In this document: one piece after another, positions 1 through 10,700 of the stretch
Layout of the letters: every line of letters begins with the position of its first letter
Numbering within the stretch: position 1 is the first letter of the stretch
NCBI GenBank assembly: GCA_038231275.1
Contig: JBBRLQ010000002.1
Coordinates: 160,001 to 224,000 of the forward strand
Origin: Polyangiales bacterium
GTDB taxonomy: Bacteria; Myxococcota_A; Polyangia; Polyangiales; Polyangiaceae
DNA: 64,000 bases
Reading direction: 5' to 3'
Program-made: the position numbers and the translations under genes
The notes under the pieces: generated by a model
Told to the model about the DNA's origin: nothing
Seen by the model: only the letters and a program-made list of their open reading frames with translations
Databases searched by the model: none

Positions 1-91
1 AAGTTGCCTTTCCGGAAGTGAAACGTGTGTTTCGGCGAACGTGTCGTGGATCCGCCGTGGCGACACCGACGCGGCGCGCTAGGCTAGCGGC

Positions 92-742
92 ATGCGCTTG
101 AAATCCATTTTCGCGTTCGTCGCCCTTCCTCCCCTCCTCGCCATCGCCTGCTCGTCGAGCTCGTCGAGCCCCGCGACCGGCGGCGACGCGTCCGCCGACG
201 CGGGCGGCGGAAGCAGCAGTGGCACGTCCGGCTCGTCGGGCACGTCATCGGGCTCGTCGGGTTCTTCAGGAACGTCCGGTACGTCTGGCAGCTCCGGCTC
301 GTCGGGTTCTTCTGGAACGTCCGGTTCCTCGGGATCGTCGGGCTCGTCCGGCAACGTCGACTCGGGCCAGACCTGCCCGACGGCGGTGGACTTCGCAAAG
401 TGCGTCGAGGCCGACGCGGGAACGGCCGGCAACCCGTTCCAGGACTTCGGCGCGACCGACGCGTTGGTCAACATGGTCACGGGCGACTACAACGCCGGCG
501 TCCCGTCGACGTTCGACATCCCCTGCATCAAGATCAAGGTCGGCCAGAAGGTCACGTGGCAGGGGAACTTCACGACGCATCCGCTCATCGCCGCGCCGTG
601 CAATCCGGCCGGCAACACGATCCCAACCGGCGGACCCGGCATCGGAACGGCGGTCTTGAACGTCACGACGGCGGGCATCTACGGCTTCCAGTGCCAGATC
701 CATACGGGACAAGGCATGAAGGGCGTCATCGTCGCCTACTGA
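92..742 (+). CDS. Lipoprotein with Ser/Gly/Thr linker and C-terminal cupredoxin (plastocyanin-like) domain
   Basis: Lipobox-like LAIAC; (SGT/SGS)n linker; C-terminal IKIKVGQKVTW..THP and GFQCQIHTGQGMKG give the type-1 copper ligand pattern H...C-x2-H-x4-M. Confidence 0.85.
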   Translation: MRLKSIFAFVALPPLLAIACSSSSSSPATGGDASADAGGGSSSGTSGSSGTSSGSSGSSGTSGTSGSSGSSGSSGTSGSSGSSGSSGNVDSGQTCPTAVDFAKCVEADAGTAGNPFQDFGATDALVNMVTGDYNAGVPSTFDIPCIKIKVGQKVTWQGNFTTHPLIAAPCNPAGNTIPTGGPGIGTAVLNVTTAGIYGFQCQIHTGQGMKGVIVAY

Positions 743-751
743 ATCGCCTCG

Positions 752-1735
752 TCAACGTGGTGCCGCGCGCGGATGCGACGCGAAGAATTTCCAGATCTCC
801 TCGCGCGCGTCGATGTCGCGGTTGGTGGTGCCGATGAGCTCGTCACTCAAGTACTGCCAGCCACCCGGCCACGTGTGTCCGCCCCCTTGGATTTTCCAGA
901 GCTCCACCGCGGTGCCCTCGGCGCAGCGGCCCCACGTCTGCACGTGGATGGTCGACCCGTCCTTCGTGTTCGTGTCGGGGATCGCGCGCTCGGCGGCGCC
1001 GGGCTCGCAGCCGTCGTGGCGAGCCCACTCCGCCGCCGTCGCCTCCGCCGAGATCACCATTCCGCGCGACGCGAGGCCGCGCAGGCGAACCTCGCCGCCC
1101 TCGTAGGGCACGATCGGATCGGCGGTGCCGTGGACGATCATGACGCTCACCGGACGCTTCGGCGCGCACGTGGGCTGGATCGAGCGGGGCGTCGTGCCGG
1201 CGACGAGCGCGACGGCGACGATGCGATCGGAGAGCTCGCACGCGAGGCGGCTCGACATCATCGCGCCGTTCGACATTCCGGTCGCGAAGACGCGCGTCTC
1301 GTCGACGAGGTAGGTGGCCTTGAGATCGTCCAGGATGGCTCGCACGAAGTCCACGTCAGCGACCTCTTCGCGATGCGCGGCGGAGTGGACGTCGGCGCGC
1401 CCGTCGTTCCATCCCTTGTCGACGCCCTCCGGGTACACGAGAAAAAAACCGTACTTTTCGGCCGTGGCGTCGAGGCCAGTGAGCTGGTGCATGCGCGCGC
1501 CGGTGCCGCCGCCTCCGTGGAGCGCGAGGACGACGGGGAGCGGGTGACGCTCGCGTGACGCCGTCGGGACCACCAAGTGCCACGCGCGCGCGCGGTCGCC
1601 GACGACCACCGAACGTTCTACGTACTCCGAGCGAGAAGCTCCCCGCTCGGGTGGAAATTTCGACTCGGAATGTACGTTGCAACCTGCAAGCATCAAGGCC
1701 GCGAGGCCGCAAATTCCCTTACGCCAGGCTGTCAC
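752..1735 (-). CDS. PHB-depolymerase/LpqC-family esterase lipoprotein
   Basis: LAGC lipobox; LHGGGG, ATGMSNGAMM nucleophile elbow, HGTADP and GGGHTWPGG motifs. Confidence 0.85.
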   Translation of the reverse strand: MTAWRKGICGLAALMLAGCNVHSESKFPPERGASRSEYVERSVVVGDRARAWHLVVPTASRERHPLPVVLALHGGGGTGARMHQLTGLDATAEKYGFFLVYPEGVDKGWNDGRADVHSAAHREEVADVDFVRAILDDLKATYLVDETRVFATGMSNGAMMSSRLACELSDRIVAVALVAGTTPRSIQPTCAPKRPVSVMIVHGTADPIVPYEGGEVRLRGLASRGMVISAEATAAEWARHDGCEPGAAERAIPDTNTKDGSTIHVQTWGRCAEGTAVELWKIQGGGHTWPGGWQYLSDELIGTTNRDIDAREEIWKFFASHPRAAPR

Positions 1736-2019
1736 GTTCGTAACGTACCCATGATCGTCACGCCGTCACAGTTGCCAGTTCGTGCCACGCGAACCCACGC
1801 GACCCATCGCGAACCCCGCGCAATGTCGCGCGCACGCCGCCGCGAGTGGCGCTCCGTCGCCCTTTGAATCAAGACGAGGGAAGCGGCATCAACGTTGCTC
1901 GTAGACAGAGTGGCTCGCGCGCTCCCCCTCGTCGGTCCGGGAGCACTTCAGCCCACATTCGGAGTTGCTTCACGATGTACCCCCTTCGCGATGTCGAGCA
2001 CAGGGACCGAGCTTCGGGC

Positions 2020-2475
2020 ATGCGACTGCGCGCCTCGTCCGACGACGAACGACGCGACGACGAGCCCCACACCTTTCGCGTCGACGAGCCGTTCGATGGC
2101 CTCGATGACGACGACGAGGCGACGACCTCCGAGCGCGCGACGCTCGCGCCGCCTCCCGAGGGCAGCACCTCCGACGTCCCTCGCAAGAGCGATCCGACCG
2201 AAGCGATCAGCGAAGTGCTCTTCCGCGCGGCGTGCGGAGACAGCAACGGCGCGTTGACCGCGGCGGAGGAGCTGATGGCGCGGGTGCCGGTCGTCCTCAT
2301 GTCGAAGGACGATCTGCGCGCCGAGCCGCTCGGCTACTGGGAGCTTCACATGCTCGCGCAGATCGACGCGATGTCCTCGCTCGCCGAGCTCATCGACGAC
2401 GCCAAGGTCCCGCCCACCGAGGTGGTCCGCGTCGTCTGCGAGCTCGTCGAACGAAAAATCATCGCGCTTCGCTGA
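2020..2475 (+). CDS. Hypothetical protein, acidic N-terminus and probable C-terminal winged-helix-like segment
   Basis: ORF 1846..2475; ATG at 2020 chosen, start uncertain; tail LAQIDAMSSLAELID..EVVRVVCELVERKII resembles a common myxobacterial wHTH-like end. Confidence 0.55.
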   Translation: MRLRASSDDERRDDEPHTFRVDEPFDGLDDDDEATTSERATLAPPPEGSTSDVPRKSDPTEAISEVLFRAACGDSNGALTAAEELMARVPVVLMSKDDLRAEPLGYWELHMLAQIDAMSSLAELIDDAKVPPTEVVRVVCELVERKIIALR

Positions 2476-2487
2476 AGTGGAGCGAAA

Positions 2488-3723
2488 TCAGGCCTCGAGC
2501 CGGTCGCGCAGGACGCGGCCACCCTGCACCACCAACGACGGCAGGGCCGCGGTGAGCGAGGCGCCGATCGTCTCGCCGCGGAACGCGCACAGATCGGCGA
2601 CCGCGCCGACCGTGATCGAGCCAACGTCGGGGAGGCGCAAGAGGTCCGCCGCCGCGCGCGTCGCGGCGTAGAGGGCGGCGAGCTCACTCATGCCGTAGTC
2701 GATCAGATGCGCGAGCTCGATGCGTGAGCCGAGGGCGTGCGGGTACGCGCCGATGTCCGTCCCCATCGCGATCGTGATGCCGGACGCGAGGACCCGCGAG
2801 AACGCCTCTCGCGCGGAGCCGACCCGGCGCTTGGCGCGATCGCGCTTCTTGTCGTCGGTCGTCGTCTTGAGGACGTTCTCGAGCACCGAGAGCGTCGGGA
2901 CGAGGACCACGCCACGTGCGACGGCGCGATCGAGCGTGTCTCTCGAGAGCGGACCCAGGTGCTCGATCGACGCGGCGCCGCAGTCGACCGCCTGCCGCGC
3001 GCCCGCGTCGCTCGTGACGTGCGCGGCGACCTTCACCCCGCGTCGCGTGGCCTCGTCGCAGATCGCGCGGAGCTCGGGCGGCGTGAACGTCGGACGGTCC
3101 TCCGTCACGCCGGTCGTCGCGTCGACCGAGAACCAGTCGGCGAAGACCTTGATCCACGCGACGCCGAACGACACTTGCTCGCGGACCTCACGCCGCGCCG
3201 CGTCCTCGCCGTCGACGAGGGAGCACCCGGTCGGCACGCAGACGCCCGGCGCGAACGGCTGCGGGAGGTAGCCGCCGGTGACGCTGATTCCGGGACCCGA
3301 AGGAAGGATCCGCGGCCCCTCGCACACGCCGGTGCGAACCGCCTCGCGGAGCGCGACGTCCGCGTACCCTGCCCCCTCGGTGCACACGTCACGAATGGTG
3401 AGGATGCCGTTGTCGAGCGCGCTGCGGGCATGGGCGGCCGCACGCAGCGTGCGAAGCGGCACGCCGTCACGGAGCAGCTCGCGATCGTAGTTGCCGTCGC
3501 CGGTCATGAGCATGTGCGTGTGCGCGTCGATGAGCCCCGGCACGAGCAGATGTCCCGTCAGATCCACGACGCGATCCTCGGGGCCCCACGCCGCGGCTCC
3601 CGGCGGCCCGGTGCGCACCTCCGCGATCGTCGCGCCCTCGACGACCACGGTGGCCGGCGCAGGCGCGGCGCGACCGTCCGAGACCTTCGCCCCCGCGAGG
3701 ATCAGCTTCGGCATGCCCTCCAT
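2488..3723 (-). CDS. Metal-dependent amidohydrolase (Xaa-Pro dipeptidase-like)
   Basis: PGLIDAHTH metal motif, IKVFA, VAAH, SIEH, GTD, GSITVGAVADL; GGAGGT upstream of ATG 3723. Confidence 0.9.
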   Translation of the reverse strand: MEGMPKLILAGAKVSDGRAAPAPATVVVEGATIAEVRTGPPGAAAWGPEDRVVDLTGHLLVPGLIDAHTHMLMTGDGNYDRELLRDGVPLRTLRAAAHARSALDNGILTIRDVCTEGAGYADVALREAVRTGVCEGPRILPSGPGISVTGGYLPQPFAPGVCVPTGCSLVDGEDAARREVREQVSFGVAWIKVFADWFSVDATTGVTEDRPTFTPPELRAICDEATRRGVKVAAHVTSDAGARQAVDCGAASIEHLGPLSRDTLDRAVARGVVLVPTLSVLENVLKTTTDDKKRDRAKRRVGSAREAFSRVLASGITIAMGTDIGAYPHALGSRIELAHLIDYGMSELAALYAATRAAADLLRLPDVGSITVGAVADLCAFRGETIGASLTAALPSLVVQGGRVLRDRLEA

Positions 3724-3806
3724 TGATACCACCTCCCTTTGCTCGCAGCCCCGAACCTCGCTCTTTTTCCCGGGATGGGGGGACAGGCTCTAGGATACGG
3801 GAGCGC

Positions 3807-5207
3807 ATGGGCTCAGATCACCGGCCGTCGATCGTCTTCATGCAGCACGTGGAGGCGGAGGCGTCGATCCACGAGCGGATGCAGCCCAAGCTCCGCCGTC
3901 TGACCGCGAAGTTCGCGGATCACGCGCTCGAGGACCAGTTCCTGCGCGACGAGCTCGAGCACGGCACGCGCGCGTTCCTGCGCTTCAGCATCGTCGTCGC
4001 CGCGGCCGCGTTCCTCCTCTATGGCATCCACGACGCCGTCGTCGTCCCCAGCGTGCGCGGCCTCGCCTGGGCGATCCGGTACGGGGTGTTCGTCCCAGCG
4101 GCGCTCGTCACGGTGGGCGTCGTCTTCTCGCGCCATCTCACGCGATGGCACCAGCCGACGATGCTCCTCTTCGGGATGAGCGTGAACGCGGTGGTCCTGT
4201 GGATCGGCGCCATCGCGCCGCGTGAGGGCTTCTTCATCTACACCTCGTTCGCGATCCTCTTCGTGACGCTCGGCGCCTTCATCGCGCGCATGAGCGTCGT
4301 CACGCAGATCACCTACACGCTCCTCTCGATGCTCGCCTACGACGCGCTCGATCTCGCGATCTCGCACAGCAGCCTCGAGGTCCGCGTCTCGATGAACCTC
4401 ACCTTCTTCTCGATGGGCGGCATCGGCGCGCTGGTGGCGCACCAGTTGGAGGCGCAGGCGCGGCGCGGCTTCCTCCAGCGTCAGGTCATCCTCGAGCAGA
4501 TCGCCGAGATCGACGTCGAGCGCCAGCGCGCCGAGCAGCTGCTCCTCAACATCCTGCCAGCCCCGATCGCGAAGCGCCTCAAGCTCGACTCGCGCGCAGT
4601 CGCCGAGGCGTTCGCGGAGACGACCGTGATGTTCGCGGACATCGTCGGCTTCACGAAGATGAGCGCGCGCCTCACGCCAGAGGAGGTCGTGCGACGCCTG
4701 AACCAGATCTTCAGCGCGTTCGACGATTTCGCCGACGAGCTCCGGCTCGAGAAGATCAAGACGATCGGCGACGCATACATGGTGGCGGGCGGCCTCCACG
4801 ATCGCAACGCGACCCAGCAGGCCCGCGCGATCGCCGAGATGGGGCTGCGGATGACCGAGTACGTCACCGAGTACGGCAAGAAGCTGGGCGAAGAGCTCGC
4901 GATCCGCGTCGGCATCCACACCGGTCCGGTGGTGGCGGGCGTCATCGGGCGACGGAAGTTCATCTACGACGTGTGGGGCGACACGGTGAACACCGCGAGC
5001 CGCATGGAGTCCCACGGCCTGCCCGGACGCATTCAAGTCTCGCAGGAGACCTATCGGCGCCTCGGCGACGGCTACGTCTTCGAGGATCGCGGCGAGATCG
5101 ACCTGAAGGGCAAGGGGCCCACGCGCGCGTGGATCCTGGTGGGTCGCAAGGGGGCAGGAGCGGCGCCCCAGAGCAGCAAAAGAGGCGATAAGATGGAGAC
5201 GCCATGA
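3807..5207 (+). CDS. Membrane-bound class III adenylate/guanylate cyclase (adenylate-type residues)
   Basis: About 6 TM helices, LLLNILP helical region, VMFADIVGFT, EKIKTIGDAYM, IRVGIHTGPVVAGVIG, YDVWGDTVNTASRMES; start uncertain. Confidence 0.92.
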   Translation: MGSDHRPSIVFMQHVEAEASIHERMQPKLRRLTAKFADHALEDQFLRDELEHGTRAFLRFSIVVAAAAFLLYGIHDAVVVPSVRGLAWAIRYGVFVPAALVTVGVVFSRHLTRWHQPTMLLFGMSVNAVVLWIGAIAPREGFFIYTSFAILFVTLGAFIARMSVVTQITYTLLSMLAYDALDLAISHSSLEVRVSMNLTFFSMGGIGALVAHQLEAQARRGFLQRQVILEQIAEIDVERQRAEQLLLNILPAPIAKRLKLDSRAVAEAFAETTVMFADIVGFTKMSARLTPEEVVRRLNQIFSAFDDFADELRLEKIKTIGDAYMVAGGLHDRNATQQARAIAEMGLRMTEYVTEYGKKLGEELAIRVGIHTGPVVAGVIGRRKFIYDVWGDTVNTASRMESHGLPGRIQVSQETYRRLGDGYVFEDRGEIDLKGKGPTRAWILVGRKGAGAAPQSSKRGDKMETP

Positions 5208-5815
5208 CCGCACCGCAAGCCCCTCCCCCGACATGCTCCTCCTGCGGCGGTCCCGACGATGGCGAGTTCGTCATTTGCAAATTCTGCAAGCGGGCGCTCT
5301 CGGCCGAGATCGCGCAAGCGGCGATCCCCTGTCCGCGCTGCCGTACGCTTTGTCGCTGGGGGAAGCAGAAGTGCGGCGCGTGCGCGACGTGGCTCGTCGT
5401 CAGCTGCGTGTTCTGCGGCGCGCTCTCTCCGCACAACCAGTCCGCCTGCCTCACCTGCCACGAGGCCTTCGCCGGAGCGCCGGAGCGCAAGGCACAGCGC
5501 GAGGCGCAGGCGCGGCAGCAGCAGGAGGTGCAGACCTTCGGGACCGTCGGCAACGTCGCCGCGTCGTTCCTCGGCGCCCTCGCCGGTGGGGCCGTAGGCA
5601 GCTCGTTCGGCGGCGGCTACCACGGGCACTACCACCCGGCATGGGACAGCTCGAACAACAGCTACGGCAGCTCGTCCGACGATCACCCGCCCATTGGCAA
5701 CGTCGGCGGCGACATCACCGGCGGCGGCTTCTCCGAGTCCGGCGGCAGCGACGACTCGTCTAGTTACGACTCCTCCAGCGATGACTCCTCGTCGAGCGGC
5801 GACTCGGACAGCTGA
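5204..5815 (+). CDS. Multi zinc-ribbon protein with Gly/Ser/Asp-rich tail
   Basis: Six CxxC pairs in the N-terminal half; ATGA overlap with the cyclase stop. Confidence 0.75.
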   Translation: MTAPQAPPPTCSSCGGPDDGEFVICKFCKRALSAEIAQAAIPCPRCRTLCRWGKQKCGACATWLVVSCVFCGALSPHNQSACLTCHEAFAGAPERKAQREAQARQQQEVQTFGTVGNVAASFLGALAGGAVGSSFGGGYHGHYHPAWDSSNNSYGSSSDDHPPIGNVGGDITGGGFSESGGSDDSSSYDSSSDDSSSSGDSDS

Positions 5816-5829
5816 GTCTGCCCGCGTCG

Positions 5830-6756
5830 ATGCGAATCCTGTCGTACAACGTTCGCTACTTTGGGCACGCGACGCGCGGCCTTGCGAGCACGAAGCGCGC
5901 GATGCAGCGGATCGCAGCGGCGATCGCGGCGCTCGAGCCTCCGTGCGATCTGGTCTGCCTGCAGGAGGTCGAGACCGCGTCGATCCGCTCGACGCTCGCC
6001 CACCCACAAGATCGCGACGGCGAGACGCAGCTTGGGCGCTTCGTGGAGATGCTCGGCAAGGAGCTCCTCGCGCGCGGCGTGCGCGAACCGTACGAGGCGT
6101 ATTACTTCCCCGCGCACAAGTACCGCGTGAGCCGCGCGCTCCCTTTCTACACGACCGGCCTCGCCGTCCTCGCGCGCAAAGGCACGCGCGTGCAGCACAC
6201 CAACGCGGGCGAGCCGCACGACATCACGAATCGGCAATTGCACCCCGTGAAGGGCCTCAAGCAGACGCGCATCTGCGCGCACGTGCGCGTGCGGACCGAG
6301 AGCGGCGCGAGCCTCGACGTGTTCAACACGCACCTCTCCCTCCCGTCGACGATGTCGCGCGAGTTCTGGGTTCGCGAGCGTCGCATGGGCTACGGCCCCA
6401 ACCAGCTCGGCGAGGCGAAGAACCTCGTGCGCTTCGTCGAGAAGGAGAAGGAAGGGGACGCCTTCGTCATCGTCGGCGACTTCAACGCGCTGCCTGGCTC
6501 GCCGGTGTACCGCTACCTCGTGGGCGAGGCCAAGCTGACCGATCCGTTCGCGAAGCTCCACCGCATGAACGAGGACGAGCTGCGCCACTGGCCGACCGCC
6601 GGCTTCATGCGCCTGCGGATGCACCTCGATCACGTGTTCGTGGGGCCCGGGGTCCAGTGGCTCGACTTCGACGGGAGCACGCCGTTCGGAGACAAATCGA
6701 GCGCGTTCCACCTCCTGAGCGACCACGTGCCGCTCATCGGACGGTTTCGTGCATAG
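5830..6756 (+). CDS. Endonuclease/exonuclease/phosphatase (EEP) family protein
   Basis: ILSYNV, DLVCLQEV, NTHL, IVGDFN, LDHVF, SDHVP motifs. Confidence 0.9.
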   Translation: MRILSYNVRYFGHATRGLASTKRAMQRIAAAIAALEPPCDLVCLQEVETASIRSTLAHPQDRDGETQLGRFVEMLGKELLARGVREPYEAYYFPAHKYRVSRALPFYTTGLAVLARKGTRVQHTNAGEPHDITNRQLHPVKGLKQTRICAHVRVRTESGASLDVFNTHLSLPSTMSREFWVRERRMGYGPNQLGEAKNLVRFVEKEKEGDAFVIVGDFNALPGSPVYRYLVGEAKLTDPFAKLHRMNEDELRHWPTAGFMRLRMHLDHVFVGPGVQWLDFDGSTPFGDKSSAFHLLSDHVPLIGRFRA

Positions 6757-6773
6757 TGCACCTATGCGGCGCG

Positions 6774-7706
6774 TCAGCCTGCTTTTTTTAGATGATCCAT
6801 GAGGCGCCGCAAGCCTTCCTCGACCCCGACCTCGGGCGCGTACCCGAGCTCTTTGCGCGCAAGGGAGATGTCGGCGAGGGAGTCTTTGATGTCGCCGACC
6901 CGAACCGGCGCGTGGGTCGGCGTGAGATCGCGGCCCACGATCTTGCCGATCGCGGCGAGGAGCTCGAGGAGCGTCGTGCGCGTGCCGCAGCCGACGTTGT
7001 ACGCGCGCCCGCTGACGCCCGGGACGGTCGCCGCACGCAGATTCGCGTCGACGACGTTGCCCACGTAGACGAAATCGCGCGACTGCGAGCCGTCGCCGAA
7101 CACGGTGGCCGTCTTCCCCTCTAGCGCGCGCGCGACGAAGACGCTGATGACGCCGGAGTACGGCGACCGCGGATCCTGCCGCGGACCGAAGACGTTGAAG
7201 TAACGGAGCGACACCGTCTCGACGCCGTACAGCTTCGCCCAGGTCTGCAGGTACATCTCGCCGGTGATCTTCTCGACGCCGTACGGCGAGATCGGGAGCG
7301 GGCGCATCGACTCCTTCTTGGGGAGCTCCGGATCCTCTCCGTACACCGCCGCCGAGCACGCGAAGACGACGCGCTTCACCTTTTGCTTCTTCGCCGCGAT
7401 GAGCACGTTCAACGTGCCCTGGATGTTCACGTCGTGCGTCTCCTGCGGGTGCTCCACCGAGTAGGGCACGCTGACGACCGCCGCCTCGTGGAAGACGACG
7501 TCGCACCCCGCCATTCGGTAGTCGAGCTGTGGCGCGTCGCGCACGTCGCCCTCGACGATCTCGACCTTGCCTTCCAGCGTCGCGAGGTTCTCGCGCCGGC
7601 CGCTCGAGAAATTGTCGTAGACGACGACTTGGTGCCCTTCGCGCACGAGCCGCTCGGCGATGTGCGAACCGATGAACCCCGCGCCGCCGGTGACGAGTGC
7701 CTTCAT
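6774..7706 (-). CDS. NAD-dependent UDP-sugar 4-epimerase (GalE/WbpP-like SDR)
   Basis: LVTGGAGFIGSH, SPYGVEK (YxxxK), LRYFNVFGPRQDP. Confidence 0.92.
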   Translation of the reverse strand: MKALVTGGAGFIGSHIAERLVREGHQVVVYDNFSSGRRENLATLEGKVEIVEGDVRDAPQLDYRMAGCDVVFHEAAVVSVPYSVEHPQETHDVNIQGTLNVLIAAKKQKVKRVVFACSAAVYGEDPELPKKESMRPLPISPYGVEKITGEMYLQTWAKLYGVETVSLRYFNVFGPRQDPRSPYSGVISVFVARALEGKTATVFGDGSQSRDFVYVGNVVDANLRAATVPGVSGRAYNVGCGTRTTLLELLAAIGKIVGRDLTPTHAPVRVGDIKDSLADISLARKELGYAPEVGVEEGLRRLMDHLKKAG

Positions 7707-7749
7707 GGTGCCGTCATTCTACACGACGGCACAATGGTCGTGATGCGCG

Positions 7750-10700
7750 TCACGCCTCGGCGTGGTGGTCGCGCTCTTCCATCGCGCGCGCGTAGGCTGG
7801 GCTCTTCTTGAACGCTTCGAGCGCGTGCTGCGCGCGGGAGCGGAGGAGGGTGCGCGGATCGTCGAGGAGACGCACGAGCGCCGCGATGACGCGCTCGTCC
7901 TTGGGCGGATCGCTGGCGATCACCTGGCGGACGTGGTGGTTTTGGCTGGAGAGGCCCTCGATCAGGCACGCGGTCGCCTCGTCCGCGGCAAAGCTCCCGA
8001 GGGCGCGCGCGAACCAGCGCAAGTGGTACGGCGGATCGTCGTACTCGTACGTCGACGTCACCGGCTCCTCGTAGAACGTGCGCATCGCGGAGACGAGCAC
8101 GGGGACGCTGGACGGATCGGCCACCTTTGCGACGCGGAGGGCCGCGTTGTAGCGGAAGACGCCCCACGGATCGGAGACCGCGTCGTGAAGCGCACCGAGC
8201 CCGCCGATCCGCTCGCGCGCGGCGAGCGCGAAGGAGAAGTATAGGCGCGCGTCCGGCGCTTCCACTCCCTGCCTCGCGAGGGCCTTGGTCGCGGCGGTGC
8301 GCACGCCGTGGTCGTCGGTCGTCAAGAACTGCCGCACGGTGACCACGTCGGGGCTCGGACCGCCAAGCTCGCCGAAGCAACGCCACGCCCAGATGCGCTG
8401 GCGCGACGTGTCCGCCTTGCGGTGGCCCGGCTCGCCCAATGCGACGTGGAAGGCCTCTACGAACGGGGCGCGCTCCCCGCCGAGCTTGGCGAGCGCCGCC
8501 GCGCGGACGACCTCGGCAGCGGCGTCGAGACCCGAGAGGCGAGCGAGCCTTGCCCGCGCGACGTCGTAGGCTTCCGGATCCTTCGCGCAGATCTCTCCGT
8601 AGGCCCAGATCTCCTCGGCGCTGGCCGCCTCGTTCGCGCGATCGAGCCGCTGCGCGAGCGGACCCGCGGCCTCGGCGGCACCGAGCGCGCCGAGCGCGCC
8701 CGCCGCGAGCGGGAGGACCTCGTCGTACTCCTTGTTCGTTTGCGCGAGGACCTGGAGGAGCGCCGGCGCCGCGCTGCGATCGCCCAGCGATCCGAGCGCG
8801 AGGACCAGCTCCTGGACGAGATCGCCGCGCTCGATCCCGGTCTTCCAATCGACGAGCGGGTTGCGGGCGAGGATCGCGAGGAGCTTCGGCACCGCGCCGC
8901 GCGCCCCGTGCGTGCGTAGCGCGTGGACGACCGCCGTGTCGAAGTGGTGGTACCGGTCGGCCCTTCCGTCGAGGAGCGCGAGCATATGCGCGACGGCGCG
9001 CGGGTCCTTGAGCGCGGCGAGCATCTCGACCGCCTTGCGATCTCCACGACGCGCGCGCCCGACGAGGATCGGGACGATGCGCGAGCTCCCGAGCTCGGCG
9101 AGGGCCAGGAGCGCCTCTTCGCGCTCGTGCTCGAGGATGAGGTTGTCGTGCGCGTGCCCGTCGTTGTCGATGTAGTCGACGATCGCGAGCGTCTCCTGCA
9201 TCTCCTCCTCGCCGCGCATCGCGCGGAGCACTTCGTCGTGGGCGTTTGCGTCGTCGAGCTTCTCCCATGCCAGATCCTCGAGGCCGACGCCGGCGTCGAT
9301 CGCACGCACCGCCGCCACCCGCGACGCCTTGGCCCGCGTCTGCGCCGAGCGACCTCCGCCATCCTTCTCGCGCTCGCGCTGCTCGCGACGGTTCGGATCG
9401 AGATCGAGCGCGAGGAAATCGGTCTTCAGCTTCCGGACGTTGCGGATCGTCCCGAGCGTCTTTCGCCCGTCCTGCAGCTCGCCCGCGAGCTTCGCGGCGT
9501 CTCGAATCAAGCGCGACGGGCTCTCTCCGCACGCCGTGACCACATCCGCGAGGCGCGCCTCGTCGTCGAAGAAGAAGCACCGAAACAGGATGTACATCGC
9601 CGTCGGCACCTCGAGCGGCGCGCGCGCCATCCAACCCTTCCAGCTGTGCTCGGTGATCGGCTCGTTCGCGGAGTCGACGAAGACGCGCGGCATGTCGTCG
9701 ACGGTCACGGTGCCGTTGTTCCGGAGAAGGTAGTTGATCCACAGCGATCGGAAGAAGAGGAAGCGCGGCAGGATCGCCTGGCTCTTGTACCGGAACGAGT
9801 CCCCCGCCTCGGGCACCGCGCGCGCCTCGAGCCCCGCGAAATGGGGCGTGGCGGCGACCCGCCGCTTGAGGCGACCGTAGGCCCTCCCGAACGCGCGCGG
9901 CGAGACGATCCCGCGCGCGCGAGCGTCGCAGATCGCCGACAGGTACGCGAACGTGCTCGCGTCCGGCGTGATCGGATCGCAGAGCGAGTGCTCTTCGTGG
10001 CTGTAAAGATAGATCTGCCCGTCGCCGCGCGCGTCGGAGTGGAGATCGTCGAAGAGGCCGAAGTGCCACGTGTCCCCGTTCGACGCCTCTCCGATCGCGA
10101 CGACGCCGGCGAGCGGCTGTACGAGCGAGAGGCCCACGTAGCTCTTCTGATCGGCAAGGACGAGCGCCTCGATCAGGTTCTTCGACTTCGGCGGGAGGCG
10201 CGGCGAGCCGAACGCCGGCGCGAGCTCGAACAGGCGCCCGCCCTTCATCGCGGCGGTCATCCGCACGAGGGCCTCGAGCTCGGGCGGAGCAGGTCGTCCC
10301 CACACCTCCTCGACCTCGTCGAGCGCGGCGACGCGCGGCAGGCGCTTGGGGAGGCCGTGGTACGCGCGCAGGTAACCGTCGAGGCGCTCGCGCAAGAACG
10401 CGGCAGGACGCGCGCCGACGAACAGCCGATCGTCCCGCCACTCCGAGAGTGGCACGCCAAAGGCCGTGGTCTCGCGGCCGCGGCGATCGTAGTAGCGGAC
10501 CTGCTCCTCCTCTTCGGCGTCGTGGTCGAGCACCATGCGCGCGACGGAGCGCGCCTCGACCGGGAAGTGCTCCGCCGAGCGGTGGGGCGAGCGGTAGAAC
10601 GACTCGCGCCCGACGTGTTGGCCGTGCGCGAACGTTCCGACCCGGCTGACCGCGCCGTCCGGGTGGTACCGCGCGAAGTCGCCGTGGAGGCGCCCCTCGT

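Noticed and set aside
1770-1795. Possible sigma54 site TGGCACGAACTGGC on the minus strand (similar cases near 16890-16908 and 58760-58773)
   Set aside because: GG-to-GC spacing is not the required 10 nt
5446-5462. CLTCH (CxxCH) in the zinc-ribbon protein as a heme c site
   Set aside because: No export signal, and it is the last of six CxxC pairs, so zinc binding is more likely
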